Assembly (NCBI GenBank): GCA_963726455.1 | Contig: CAVSCK010000004.1 | Coordinates: forward strand, 1,056,001 to 1,120,000 | Source: an uncultured bacterium | Lineage (GTDB): Bacteria; Zixibacteria; MSB-5A5; CAIYYT01 | Reading direction: 5' to 3' | DNA: 64,000 nucleotides | Shown here: positions 53,491-64,000 of the stretch, one piece after another | Layout of the letters: each line of letters begins with the position of its first letter | How positions within the stretch are numbered: position 1 is the first letter of the stretch | Notes under the pieces: model-generated | The model's input: only the letters and a program-made list of their open reading frames with translations | Database searches by the model: none | What the model was told of the DNA's origin: nothing | Position numbers and translations under genes: made by a program

Positions 53491-54848
53491 TATTTCAATC
53501 CCTCGTACAGATACGCCGCTGTGACGATGCCCTGATGGAAGTCACCCAGGGACATTCTTTCATTCGGAGAATGAACATTGTCGTCATTCTGGCAGAAACC
53601 GAGCAGCAGCGTTTCGAGGCCAAGTTCTTCCTTGAACGTGTTGACGATCGGAATCGAACCGCCTTCGCGCATAAACACCGGCTTCTTGCCGAATCCCTTC
53701 TCCAGCGCGCTCACTGCGGCTGTGACCATAAAGTTGTCTCGCTCAACGAGTGCCGGCTTGGCTCCGACAGTATGGCCAACCTCGACCTTAACCGCCGGTG
53801 AGGCAACCTTGCGCACATACTTCTTGAATTTCTCCAGGATGTCATCCGGATTCTGATTCGGCACCAGGCGCATCGTGACTTTGCAGCCCGCCCATGAAGG
53901 CACGATAGTCTTTCCGCCTTCGCCTTCATAACCGCCATAGATGCCGTTGATCTCGCACGTGGGACGCGCCCAAACGCGTTCGAGCGTGCTGTATCCTTTT
54001 TCGCCGACAACGTCCGGTGAATTGGTCTTTGCCAGCCAGTCCTTGTCGGAATGCGGTAATGCTCCCCACATGTCGCGCTCCCACGGTTCCAATTCGCGCA
54101 CGTCGTCGTAGAAGCCATCGATTTTGACGTGATAGTTGTCGTCATGGAATCTCGCAATGAGCCGCGCCATCTCTGTGATCGGGTTGGCAATCGAACCGCC
54201 GTACGTGCCGGAGTGCAGATCACGATCCGGGCCGAAGACTTTGATTTCGGCAGCCGCGATTCCACGCAGGCCGTAGGTGATTGCCGGCAGTCCCTTGGCG
54301 AACATCGCGGTGTCAGACACGATTACGCCATCAGCTTTCAGGAGCTCTTTGTTCTGGGGTATAAAATCGAACAGGTGGCTGGGGCCGCTTTCCTCTTCGC
54401 CTTCGAGAACGAATTTAAGATTGACGGGAAGCTGGAGCCCTGACTTTAAGTAAGCTTCAACGGCCAGAACGTGGATTAGCATCTGTCCCTTGTCATCCGA
54501 TGCGCCGCGGGCGTAAATCCGGTCGCCGTCGATGTACGGTTCAAACGGCGGATGCTTCCACAGGTTAAGTGGATCAACCGGCTGCACGTCGTAGTGTCCG
54601 TACACCAGCAGCGTCCGCCTATTCTCAGGATTTATGTATTCGGCATAAACAATCGGATGCCCTGCGGTGGGATAGACTTTGGCTTTAAGCCCGAGCGATT
54701 CGAATTTCGCTTTGAGATAATCGGCGCACTTGAGCAGGTCGTTCTTGTATTTCGAATCCGCCGAAATAGACGGAAATTTCAGCAATTCCACCAGATCATT
54801 GACGAATTTCTTGCGATTGCTTTCAATGTAACCGAGCACCTTTTCCAT
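53490..54848 (-). CDS. M20 family dipeptidase
   Basis: YGHYDVQP, ARGASDDKG, EGEEE, DLHSG, GGSIP, HSPNE. Confidence 0.92.
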   Translation of the reverse strand: MEKVLGYIESNRKKFVNDLVELLKFPSISADSKYKNDLLKCADYLKAKFESLGLKAKVYPTAGHPIVYAEYINPENRRTLLVYGHYDVQPVDPLNLWKHPPFEPYIDGDRIYARGASDDKGQMLIHVLAVEAYLKSGLQLPVNLKFVLEGEEESGPSHLFDFIPQNKELLKADGVIVSDTAMFAKGLPAITYGLRGIAAAEIKVFGPDRDLHSGTYGGSIANPITEMARLIARFHDDNYHVKIDGFYDDVRELEPWERDMWGALPHSDKDWLAKTNSPDVVGEKGYSTLERVWARPTCEINGIYGGYEGEGGKTIVPSWAGCKVTMRLVPNQNPDDILEKFKKYVRKVASPAVKVEVGHTVGAKPALVERDNFMVTAAVSALEKGFGKKPVFMREGGSIPIVNTFKEELGLETLLLGFCQNDDNVHSPNERMSLGDFHQGIVTAAYLYEGLK

Positions 54849-55181
54849 GTATGTTTACTCCTCGTTTTGGTCGAAAGTTGGACGTAAACTATCGCCAAAG
54901 GCGCTAATGTCAAGGGGATTGTGTTTGCGGCCGTTCCAAGTATTGTAGGCTGATTTCTCCGGGAACCCAATCGCCGAAAGCGTGTTACATACTTTGAGAG
55001 GTTATTTTGATAAGCTGCGGCACTGACTTGTAGAAATACTCAATTTATGATCGCGACCGGCAACCAAGAATCACCCACAAATCTGCGTAGAATGATTTGT
55101 CCCATGCAAATTCGACTGGTTAATTAGACGACAGGATAATTGTTTCGAGAATATAGGTAGCTTTTCATTAACGGAGGAACA

Positions 55182-55703
55182 ATGCGTATCGGAGAAAAAG
55201 CCCCATTCTTCAAGGCAGTCGCAGTGCTGCCCAACAAGGACTTCAAAGAAGTTCAGTTAAATGATTTCCGAGGCAAGTGGCTCGTGCTCTTCTTCTATCC
55301 TCTCGATTTCACTTTTGTCTGCCCGACCGAAATCAAGGGGTTTGCCGCCAACTACAAGAAATTCACCGAAGTCGGAGCCGAAATTCTGGGCTGCTCGGTT
55401 GATTCGCATTTTTCGCACCTGGCCTGGATCGAGCAAGACCTTAAGCCATTGCCGTTTCCATTGGCGTCCGATATCACCAAGGATATCGCCCGCGCCTACG
55501 GCGTGCTTCTCCCCGATGACGGTATCGCATTGCGCGGAACTTTTATCATCGATCCCGAAGGCGTTTTGAAATCAATAGTTGTCAACGACACGGCGATCGG
55601 CCGTTCAATAGACGAGACTCTCCGCACGTTAAAAGCTTTGCAGACCGGAGAACTCACCGGCTGCGGCTGGCAACCGGGCGAAAAGACACTGGGACGAGTA
55701 TAA
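55182..55703 (+). CDS. ahpC: Peroxiredoxin (AhpC/Prx1 type)
   Basis: FFYPLDFTFVCPTE, ALRGTFIIDP, GRSIDE. Confidence 0.9.
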   Translation: MRIGEKAPFFKAVAVLPNKDFKEVQLNDFRGKWLVLFFYPLDFTFVCPTEIKGFAANYKKFTEVGAEILGCSVDSHFSHLAWIEQDLKPLPFPLASDITKDIARAYGVLLPDDGIALRGTFIIDPEGVLKSIVVNDTAIGRSIDETLRTLKALQTGELTGCGWQPGEKTLGRV

Positions 55704-55785
55704 CAACAACAATTGCTGCGGACCCCTCAGGTTACAGCAGAGGGGTTCGCCGCAACAGATTCAATAGTTCAGAAAGGAACCAAAA

Positions 55786-56303
55786 ATGGCAGACAGACCA
55801 GGGGCAGTAACGATTCAAGGGGAATCCGTTTACGTTGACAGGTCAGGAACTCAAAGTGGGCGATGCGATGCCCAATGTCGAAATGATTGCCAACGATATG
55901 CATCCGGTGAAGCTGTCACAGTATCACGGCAAGGTTAGTTATCCTCTCAGCGGTGCACTCGCTGGATACGGCCGTTTGCGACACCGAGACCCGGCGCTTC
56001 AACAAGGAAGCTGCGCAGCTCGGCAATGACATCGTTATCCTCACCGTCAGCATGGATCTTCCTTTTGCGCAAGCACGTTGGTGCGGCGCGGCAGGCATCG
56101 ACAAGGTGCAGACTTTATCAGACTATCGCGAAGCAAAATTCGGCAAGAGTTTCGGTGTGCTGATTAAGGAACTGTATCTGCTGGCCAGGTCTATATTCGT
56201 GGTCGACAAGCATGGTGTGGTCCGATACATCCAGTTGGTCAAGGAAGTCGCCAGTGAACCCAACTACGATGAAGTCATCGCCGCCGCCAAGAAGCTTCTG
56301 TAA
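55786..56303 (+). CDS. tpx: Thiol peroxidase (two frameshifts)
   Basis: SD AAAGGA, MADRPGAVT; SLDTAVC, SMDLPFAQARWCGAAG, EPNYD. Confidence 0.88.
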
Positions 56304-56315
56304 CTGCTGATCATT

Positions 56316-56398
56316 TCCCCTCTCGAGAGGGGACCAAGGGGTGTGTACTTGTTGCGTCAGGTCCTGCCGTTCGCCCCGCGAACGGTGTGACCTGACGC
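56316..56398. repeat. Two adjacent REP-like palindromes
   Basis: tcccctctc/gagagggga perfect 18-mer; gcgtcaggtc..ccgttcgc-ccc-gcgaacgg..gacctgacgc long hairpin. Confidence 0.6.
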
Positions 56399-56411
56399 CC
56401 CGCTATCGCAC

Positions 56412-56927
56412 CTACCTCAACACCGTCTTCGACAGGAACACACCGATCATCGTCAGCGCCAGCGCAACCTGAAGAACGGTGCCGATCATAAACGCGATGA
56501 AGGTGCCGCAGCCGGCCTTCAATGATTCGAAAATCCTCCGCCCCAGCATCATCTCGAACAATGTGGCACCAACCAATGGGCCAAGGATCATCGCCCACAG
56601 ATTGGCCATTGATACGCCCACAATCATGCCGATAAATGCGCCGATCATCCCCCACTTGGAGGCGCCCATCTTCTTCGCGCCATACGCCTTGAATATGTAT
56701 TCGAGTATTATCAGCGCGGCCGAGGCCAGACCAAAGTGCAACAGGTATTGTTGCGTGATGACCTGGTAGCCGGTGAAGTGCGCGTACAGAAACGCTCCCA
56801 CCCACACCAGCGGCAGTCCGGGCAGAATCGGTAGAATCACTCCCAGCACGCCGATTGCCATTACGATCAGCGCTCCGCCGGTGAGCAGGATTTCTTTGAA
56901 TGTCATTCCGTCGGTGGAAATAGTCAT
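56412..56927 (-). CDS. DUF456-like membrane protein
   Basis: GVILPILPG, GAKKMGASKWG, GPLVGA; hydrophobic throughout. Confidence 0.8.
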   Translation of the reverse strand: MTISTDGMTFKEILLTGGALIVMAIGVLGVILPILPGLPLVWVGAFLYAHFTGYQVITQQYLLHFGLASAALIILEYIFKAYGAKKMGASKWGMIGAFIGMIVGVSMANLWAMILGPLVGATLFEMMLGRRIFESLKAGCGTFIAFMIGTVLQVALALTMIGVFLSKTVLR

Positions 56928-57079
56928 TGTTGCCTCATCATTTGAGGATCGAATTTGAGAAATTGAAGAATTGCGCGCAACAGATTTGTTGGTGCACTGC
57001 TCCGCCCAAAAAGCCCTTGACAAATAATTGTCTGCGGTGCAATATTGCTTCATAACTCAATTCTGATTCGAAGGAAGAC

Positions 57080-57994
57080 ATGCGAAAGGTAATAGCTATC
57101 GTAGCTTGCTCAATAGCAGTCGGTCTCTGGCCGACAATTGCAGGAGCGCAGACAGAAACTGATTCACTTCCTGCCAAGGCTTTTGCTGGGCGCATTTGGA
57201 CGATGAGCGAGTTGGATACGCTCAGCGGTCACAAGTGGGTTTGGATTGACAAGTCGTTTAAGGAAGTAGTTCCAGAAGCCCCCGACATAAGTCAAACGCC
57301 GACGGAAGAACCTTTGCTGAGGAAACAACCGGCAATAGGCTATCCCAAAGCCGCTCGCGAGAGCGGCGTCGACGCTGTCGTACGCCTGCGAGTCTTGATT
57401 GATAGGAATGGTAAAGCACGCACTGCATACATTCTGGAAGATTCCGGCTATGAGGATCTCGACTTTGAAGAAACTGCCATCGAGGCGATGAAGCAGAACC
57501 GGTGGGAGCCAGCTCTCTTGAACGATACGCCGGTATCAACCTGGGTCACTTTCGCGACCACATTCCATTTCTTCATGACGAGTAAAGGCATGCCCATCAC
57601 CAGGGTTGACAAATGGAACTGGTCCGTTCCGAGCCCGGAACTTACTTCCGACGAATCTCCTGCAGATAGCCTCTCTGCCGCGAAGACACCACAGCCCGAC
57701 GATTTCGTCAACGTTGAAGAATGGCCCACGCCTCTCGACCTGCCCGCGCCCAAGTATCCGAGAACCGCGGTACAAAGCGGGGAAGAGGGAAGTGTATGGG
57801 TAAAAGTGCTGATTGATACAAAGGGAGCTGTGCGGGACGCGATGGTCGTCAAACCCTCAGGCGTCTGCGTGGGGTGCGGGTTCGAGGAGGCGGCACTGAA
57901 AGCTGCGGTGGAGGCGAAATGGAAGCCGGCACGATATGCGGGAAAGCCGATCATGGCCTGGGTGAGTTACGAAATAAGATTCCGCATGCGGTAA
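57080..57994 (+). CDS. Secreted protein with two TonB C-terminal domains
   Basis: Signal peptide; YPKAARESG..VLIDRNG..WEPA and PKYP..EGSVWVKVLIDTKG..WKPA; TTGACA-N17-CAATAT upstream. Confidence 0.82.
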   Translation: MRKVIAIVACSIAVGLWPTIAGAQTETDSLPAKAFAGRIWTMSELDTLSGHKWVWIDKSFKEVVPEAPDISQTPTEEPLLRKQPAIGYPKAARESGVDAVVRLRVLIDRNGKARTAYILEDSGYEDLDFEETAIEAMKQNRWEPALLNDTPVSTWVTFATTFHFFMTSKGMPITRVDKWNWSVPSPELTSDESPADSLSAAKTPQPDDFVNVEEWPTPLDLPAPKYPRTAVQSGEEGSVWVKVLIDTKGAVRDAMVVKPSGVCVGCGFEEAALKAAVEAKWKPARYAGKPIMAWVSYEIRFRMR

Positions 57995-58028
57995 TGCCAA
58001 TTGTGGGACAACTCGAATCAGAATAGCA

Positions 58029-58052
58029 ACAGGGGCGCTTCCGCGCCCCTGC
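58029..58052. terminator. Hairpin between convergent genes
   Basis: caggggcgc-ttcc-gcgcccctg. Confidence 0.55.
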
Positions 58053-58083
58053 ATATCGAGTCTCAGCTTCTTACCACGCGAGA

Positions 58084-59170
58084 CTAATTCTTCTTCTTGA
58101 AATCCGCCATGAACTGCACCAGCTTCTCAACTGCGGCAACCGGCAGCGCGTTGTACATCGACACGCGAATACCACCGACCGAGCGATGGCCTTTCAGACC
58201 GATCATTCCCGCGGCCTTGGCTTCCTTTACGAACTTCTCTTCAAGTTCTTCCGAGCCGAGCCGCATCGTGGCATTCATTCCCGAACGGCTGTCGGGACGA
58301 ACCGTGCCCTTGTAGTAACCACCGGAATTGTCGATGGCGCTATACAGCAGTATCTTTCTTCTGTTTGTTGCGTTTTTCGATTTCCGCCAGCCCGCCGATC
58401 TGATCCATCCACTGCAGGGTCAACTTGATCATGTAGATGATGTAAGTCGGCGGCGTGTTGTATAGCGAGTTTTCCTTGATATGCGTCGAGTAGCTGAGAA
58501 TCTTCGACAGACCCTGATTTCTGCTTGGCGGCAAAATCAGGATCCATGATGACCACCGTCACGCCGGCCGGGCCGATATTCTTCTGCGCGCCGGCGTAGA
58601 TCATCGCGAACTTGGAGACATCCACTTTGCGTGACATGATATCCGACGACATATCGCAGATCAACGGTTTGCCATGCACATCCGGCCAATACTGCCATTG
58701 CGTGCCGAAGATCGTATTGTTCGACGTCATGTGCACGTAGACGGCATCCGGATTGAATTTCAATTCGTTCTGCGAGGGAATGAAAGTGAACTTGGCTTCC
58801 TCCGACGATCCGGCAATGTTAACCTTGCCGAAAAGCTTGGCTTCGGCAATTGCCTTCTGCGACCAGGCGCCGGTGTTGATGTAATCCGCAGTCTGGTCGG
58901 ATGAAAGGAAATTCATCGGAATCATCGCGAACTGCAACGAAGCGCCGCCGCCGAGAAAGAGGATGTGATACTTGTCCGGAATGCCGAGGAGTTTCTCGCA
59001 TCAGCGCCTGCGTGTCATCGAGGATCGCCTCGAAATCTTTGCAGCGATGGCTCATTTCGAGCACCGACATTCCGAGCCCTTTGTAGTCGAGCAATCTCGT
59101 TCTTCGCGATTTCTAGCACCTCAACGGGTAACGTCGCCGGACCGGGATTGAAATTGAAGATTCTATTCAT
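58084..59170 (-). CDS. serC: Phosphoserine aminotransferase (several frameshifts)
   Basis: [54 protein letters not shown]. Confidence 0.92.
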
Positions 59171-59260
59171 AGATCACCTGTTCGGTTTAATGTATTCACG
59201 GCGGTTAGATTAATCCGCCTGACAATGCCTCTATCCATAAGCCGCCACAAGGGACGGCGA

Positions 59261-60142
59261 CTACTTGCGCTCCACAAACTCGCCGATAATCTGGTCGACT
59301 TGTTTGCCGATGCGCAGCAGATTTTCATTGGTCGAAGCCCCGATGTGCGGAGCCATCAGCACGTTCGGCGCATTCGATCAACGGTGAATTCTCCGGCGGA
59401 TCGGAATACCAGACGTCGGTGGCATACGCGGCAAGTTTGCCTTCTTTCAGCGCGTCCACAATATCCTGCTCGACAACGCATTTGCCACGACCGGTGTTCA
59501 CGATCACGACGCCTTTCTTCATCTTGGCGATTGTGTCCTTGTTGATCATCCCTCGCGTCTGATCGTTCAACGGCGTGTGCAGCGACATGTAATCGCACAG
59601 CGGCAGCATCGCATCCAGGGACGGCTTCAATTCGATATATTCCGATTTCGTGACGATCGGATCGTAACCGACTACTTTCATTCCGAAGGCCAGCGCGCGT
59701 TTGGCGACTTCACTGCCGATTCGCCCGCAACCGACTATGCCGAGCGTCTTGCCGAACAGTTCCGTGCGCTTCAACTCTTTCTTGAGCCACTTGCCTTCCT
59801 TCATCGAGTTGTGCGCCTCAACCAAACGATTGGGCACGGCGATCATCATCGCGAATGCCAGTTCGGCTACCGCGATACTCGATGCTTCCGGCGTATTCTT
59901 GACTGTAATGCCCTTCTCTCTGGCAGTAAACCGAATCGACATTGTCCAGGCCGACGCCGCCGCGAATGATCATCTTCAGTTTCTTGGCCTGGTCGATGTA
60001 CTCTTTCGTGGCTTTGGTCTTGCTGCGGATCAGCACGATGTCGGCATCCGGCAATTGCGCGGCGTCGGCGGTGACATCGCCGTACTTGCGCAAAACATCG
60101 GGCAGCGACGCATCAAATGAATCGGCTAAGTAGTATTTTCAT
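59261..60142 (-). CDS. serA: D-3-phosphoglycerate dehydrogenase-like (frameshifted)
   Basis: IRGGVGLDNVD, NTPEAS, GIVGCGRIG, SLHTPL, NTGRG; located between DUF1015 and serC. Confidence 0.82.
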
Positions 60143-60183
60143 AAATCACTTCATCCTTTTGTTTATGGGTCAAAGCACCTATC

Positions 60184-61437
60184 TCAAAGCAAATAGACCA
60201 CCAGGCCACTGCGAAGTTTGGGTTCAAACCAGGTCGACTTGGGCGGCATCACACCACCTGAATCGGCGACATCTTTCAGCGCCTGCATCGATGACCGGCG
60301 GCATGGAAAACGCAACTTTGAATTTGCCGCAATCAACCAGCTTGCACCAATTCGCTTGTTCCACGAATGCCGCCGACAAAATCAATGCGCTTGTCGGTGC
60401 GCGGATTGGTGATTCCGAGATATCGGATCCAGCAGATTGCGAGACAGAATGCTGGCATCCAGTCGTTCGATCGGATCGAACTTGTTGAAGCTGTCGGACA
60501 GCGGCACGATGCGGTACCACTTGCCGTCGAGGTACATTCCGATCACGTGCTCATCTTCCGACTTCAACCGGCTTGCCACTGCTTTCCAGGTTCCACCGAA
60601 AAGCGAGTTCGCACTTGCTGAACAAACGCGTTCGGTGACATCCCTTTCAGATCGGTGACCACGCGATTGTAAGGAAGAATCCGCAACTGGTCTGACGGGA
60701 AATACGACGGTCAGGAAATAGTTGAACGGCTCGGTAGCCATTGAAGTCGGGATTGGCGAAGCGCCGGTTCTTGCAGACATTTACCGCAGCGGCGCAGCGA
60801 TGGTGGCCGTCGGCAATATAGGTCGCATCGACTTTCTCAAAACCGTCGGTTATCTTCTGGTCATCTTCCTGGCATCGTCGACGACCCAAAGCTGATGTCG
60901 TACGTCGTCGGCTTCAAAATCATATTCGGGCTGGCCTTTAGCCACTTCCGCGAGAAGCAAGTCCAGATCATCGGCGGATGGATAGAACAGAGAACACCGG
61001 TCCCGCCTGCGCATTAAGAGTTTCCTCCAGGCGCGTGCGTCCGGCCTCCTTGTCGGCGCGCGTGAATTCGTGGCGCTTGATTTGTCCCTGAAGATAATCA
61101 TCCACCGCCGAGAGCAGCATGAATCCGGTTTGCTGGCGTGCCACGCCAGGTAAGCCGATACACGTAGATGCATCTCTTTATCGTCCTGCACCAGGGCATG
61201 TTCGTCAATCAGTCTTTGGAGATTTCTCTTACCCGCTTGTGCGGCTTCATCGCCATCTGGATCGGCGCCTGGCGGAAGTGAGATTTCCATCTTCTCCACA
61301 TACAAAAACGATATTGGATTGTTGGCCGCTAGCGCCTGCGCCTCGTCGGCAGACAGCACGTCGTACGGCGGTGATGCCACCTGCGCCACCAAATCCTTCT
61401 TCGGTCTCAAGCCCTTGAGTGCCTTTACCATTACCAT
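60184..61437 (-). CDS. DUF1015 family protein (many frameshifts)
   Basis: ASPPYDV, YIADGHHR, ERLDASIL, MPPKSTWFEPKLRSGL. Confidence 0.85.
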
Positions 61438-61928
61438 AAATCTTACCTGTCCGTTGAGTGATGCATAATCAAGTGTAAATCCATAGACACCAGGGGATAA
61501 TTAAGCCAAACCGGGCGCTAAGGCAAGTGCTTCTTTTCACAAGCTCCTGCGGGCGTTAAGTCTCGTTGCCCGCCTATTCACATTGTTTACGCAGATGGCC
61601 AAAAGAAGATTCACGTCGGTTGAACAGGGTGCACCTCTGTCCATTTACGCGGAATACTCAAAGCAAAGTAACTGGACTTCAATTTCCGGAATGGAGATCA
61701 GAGCGAAAATCGAAAATTGATACGGCACCGACGCACTCCGGCTTACTAATTCCACCCGACTACATCCTTCTTCTGGATCAGGAAGAATCTCATACAGTTG
61801 CGAGCACGTCCGAGTTCGCTGCAACCAATCCGCACTCTGGCGACCGCAAATGCCCACTTTACGAAAAATAAAAGATTGCTTGACAACCTGGGGCTTCGCC
61901 TGTTGGATGATGCCTGGCGGGCGAATCG

Positions 61929-62822
61929 ATGCGGTGGATGACAAAGTCGCAACCGACTACTAATCAACTTCCTCATCGAAAGCTGTATCCCCTATTCAGA
62001 CTATTCTTGTCGGCGTTTCTGCTGTGTGCCACTGTGTCCTCATACTCGGCAACAATGTCCCGGCGCGATACGCTGGCGATCAGGTCCGAGTTACTCATTC
62101 CCGACACGATTTTGATCAATCAGCCGTTCGAAATCCGGTTTAGTGTGACGATTCTCGATTCCGTAGTACACCAAAATAACACGGCCGATGAGATTGACCT
62201 GATTTTGCCGCCCGAATGCGAGATCGTGGCCGGAAGCCCGAGCTGGCGAGGTAAACTAGATTGCGGTATCACCGTAACGCTTCAGATAACAGCAAGGGCG
62301 ACACGGCCTTTTCGGGACTCATTTGAAGGATTTGTTTATACCGACTTCGTTCCGGGACACATGAATCTTTACCGCACAGTCAACGCGGTCTTGTCCAAAG
62401 AATACTCCGTATTGGCCCTCCGCGAACCGTCACCGGTTGACCCCGAGAGACCGGGCAGTCAAGAACTGACCACTCGGACCGTTGTTCCGCGGTGCCCATA
62501 TTCCGGCGCAGTTGATTCACTGATCCGGGTCGAACTCGTCAAGGGGAAACTTCTCCCAACCCCGACTTTCAACATCACCCGCAAGGCACAGCACCACCTC
62601 GGCTTCTGGATCAAAAATCCTGCCGATGCCAATATTGTGAAAGCACTGCCGTCGCGATGGGATCTCAGTTGCCCGCTCTATGACATGGCGCTCAATCGCG
62701 ACTCCACAACCGCTCTTTTGGTCGACAAAGAGATCGACACGACGACGGTCTCGGTGGAAATCGACGGTACTCGATACCAGGTGCGACTTCGTGTCACCGA
62801 TCGCTTGCGGTCTGAAGATTAA
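61929..62822 (+). CDS. Hypothetical secreted protein
   Basis: 297-codon ORF with hydrophobic signal-like segment and Ig-like beta pattern; start uncertain. Confidence 0.55.
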   Translation: MRWMTKSQPTTNQLPHRKLYPLFRLFLSAFLLCATVSSYSATMSRRDTLAIRSELLIPDTILINQPFEIRFSVTILDSVVHQNNTADEIDLILPPECEIVAGSPSWRGKLDCGITVTLQITARATRPFRDSFEGFVYTDFVPGHMNLYRTVNAVLSKEYSVLALREPSPVDPERPGSQELTTRTVVPRCPYSGAVDSLIRVELVKGKLLPTPTFNITRKAQHHLGFWIKNPADANIVKALPSRWDLSCPLYDMALNRDSTTALLVDKEIDTTTVSVEIDGTRYQVRLRVTDRLRSED

Positions 62823-62828
62823 ATGAGC

Positions 62829-62868
62829 GCCCCACTGCCTTGGCTCTTTGGGTCACGGCAGTGGGGTC
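62829..62868. terminator. Hairpin between convergent genes
   Basis: ccccactgcc...ggcagtgggg inverted repeat. Confidence 0.55.
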
Positions 62869-62933
62869 ATTCTTACTTCTTGTAGACTCGAATTTATCCG
62901 AACGCGGAAAGCTATCCCCGGGATCAGTATCCT

Positions 62934-64000
62934 CTACTCACAAAGATCGCACGGCATCGCGCCGCCTTCGAAGATGTAGCTGATCAAGACTACGACATCA
63001 TTTATGTCGACCGTGCCGCTGCAGTTGGCATCTGCCTTCTCAAGTGGCACCGGCGCCGGACCGCCGCTGAAAATGTAGGCGATGAGATAGATGGCATCAG
63101 ATATGTCGACAGACATACTTCCGTCAACATCACCGCAGATGGCTGCAAAGTCAGAGAGTGGTCGCTTCCAAACACCATCCCCGAAGGTCCCCGCATACAG
63201 GTCGTTGCCAATTATCGCCAACGCCCTGACATCGCGACCGCCCAAGCCCCGATTAACGCGCAACCAACCATGCCCACCATTTCGAGTGCAAAAGACTCCG
63301 TTGCCGGTGCCGGCAAAGAGCACATCCGAGCCTGCAGCGAAAGATTTCACATAGGTGCCGACAATTCCGTAGTTGGCGGGATTCCAGCTCGTGCCGCCGT
63401 CGGAAGAGGCATAGACACCCAATGTCAATGTCGCGGCGAACCATTTCTCGCCACTGAAGGCGAGAGCTTCGATGTTGGGTTGCGGCAGTCCGGCATTTGC
63501 GGACGACCAGGTGGCGCCCTGGTTTGTCGTTACGAAGACTCCTCGGTCCGCCGTCCCTGCGAGAGCGCGTTGATCGTTGGCAACAAGAGCGTTTATGTAC
63601 GGACTAGTCAATCCTGCATTGACCGGTGTCCAGTTTACTCCGTCATCATTCGACCGATAGACGCCAAGTGAACCTGTTCCAGCCAAAATCTGACCTATCC
63701 GGCCGGCAAAGCACTTAACATCCGCATGTGTCAGTCCACTATTGACCAAATTCCAGCTGTCACCGTTGTCGGTTGAGCGGAAAGCGCCATAGCTGCCCAG
63801 GGTACCTGCAAGCATGCTGCCGCCGGTCTTTGAGAGTGCGGAAATTATGTAGCCGGACATCCCGGCATTTATTCCTAGCCAGTTCTCACCGGCATCCATT
63901 GAGCGAAATACGCCACTCAATCTTGAGCCCACGAAGATACTGGAATCATTTGCAGCAAGTGACATCACCGAATGTGCAGTCAGTCCATTGCTGGCGGCTG
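62934..64000 (-). CDS. BNR/Asp-box beta-propeller protein with C-terminal dockerin (5' end outside window)
   Basis: Repeats GVxRSxDxGxxW..NxGL; C-terminal CGDVDGSMSVDISD..DANCSGTVDIND. Confidence 0.82.
   Translation of the reverse strand, partial: AASNGLTAHSVMSLAANDSSIFVGSRLSGVFRSMDAGENWLGINAGMSGYIISALSKTGGSMLAGTLGSYGAFRSTDNGDSWNLVNSGLTHADVKCFAGRIGQILAGTGSLGVYRSNDDGVNWTPVNAGLTSPYINALVANDQRALAGTADRGVFVTTNQGATWSSANAGLPQPNIEALAFSGEKWFAATLTLGVYASSDGGTSWNPANYGIVGTYVKSFAAGSDVLFAGTGNGVFCTRNGGHGWLRVNRGLGGRDVRALAIIGNDLYAGTFGDGVWKRPLSDFAAICGDVDGSMSVDISDAIYLIAYIFSGGPAPVPLEKADANCSGTVDINDVVVLISYIFEGGAMPCDLCE

Noticed and set aside
61440-61930. Possible ncRNA or small genes in a 490-bp intergenic region, including a partial Rex-like site near 61525-61542
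   Set aside because: No recognisable RNA family fold; short ORFs lack motifs or SD; only one half-site matches

Overview
A 64 kb stretch of bacterial chromosome from an anaerobic, probably peptide-fermenting diderm. The abundant C-terminal dockerin-like and FlgD/T9SS-like tags suggest Zixibacteria or a related FCB lineage (inference only). No rRNA, tRNA, CRISPR array or transposase was seen. Many genes at about 1.4-8, 13.6-14, 24.4-30.8 and 55.8-61.4 kb carry single-base frameshifts that look like long-read errors. The most unusual system is a translationally coupled 10-gene operon at 36966-47098 (minus strand): hdrC, hdrB, hdrA(N-half), nuoE/hydC-like, nuoF/hydB-like, [nuoG/hydA-N-like::hdrA C-half], mvhD, mvhG, mvhA, protease. 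HdrA is split inside its inserted ferredoxin domain, and a complete NAD(H)-linked HydBC-type module sits in the split. A perfect Rex-type operator lies inside hdrC. Other notable features are an archaeal-type GatDE amidotransferase pair, an archaeal-type split MetE next to a YitJ-like methyltransferase/MTHFR, four secreted proteins sharing one dockerin type plus two cohesin-like carriers, a kinase-less GAF-REC/HDOD-HisKA pair, and a DUF1015-serA-serC cluster. All calls come from motif recognition by eye; no database search was run.
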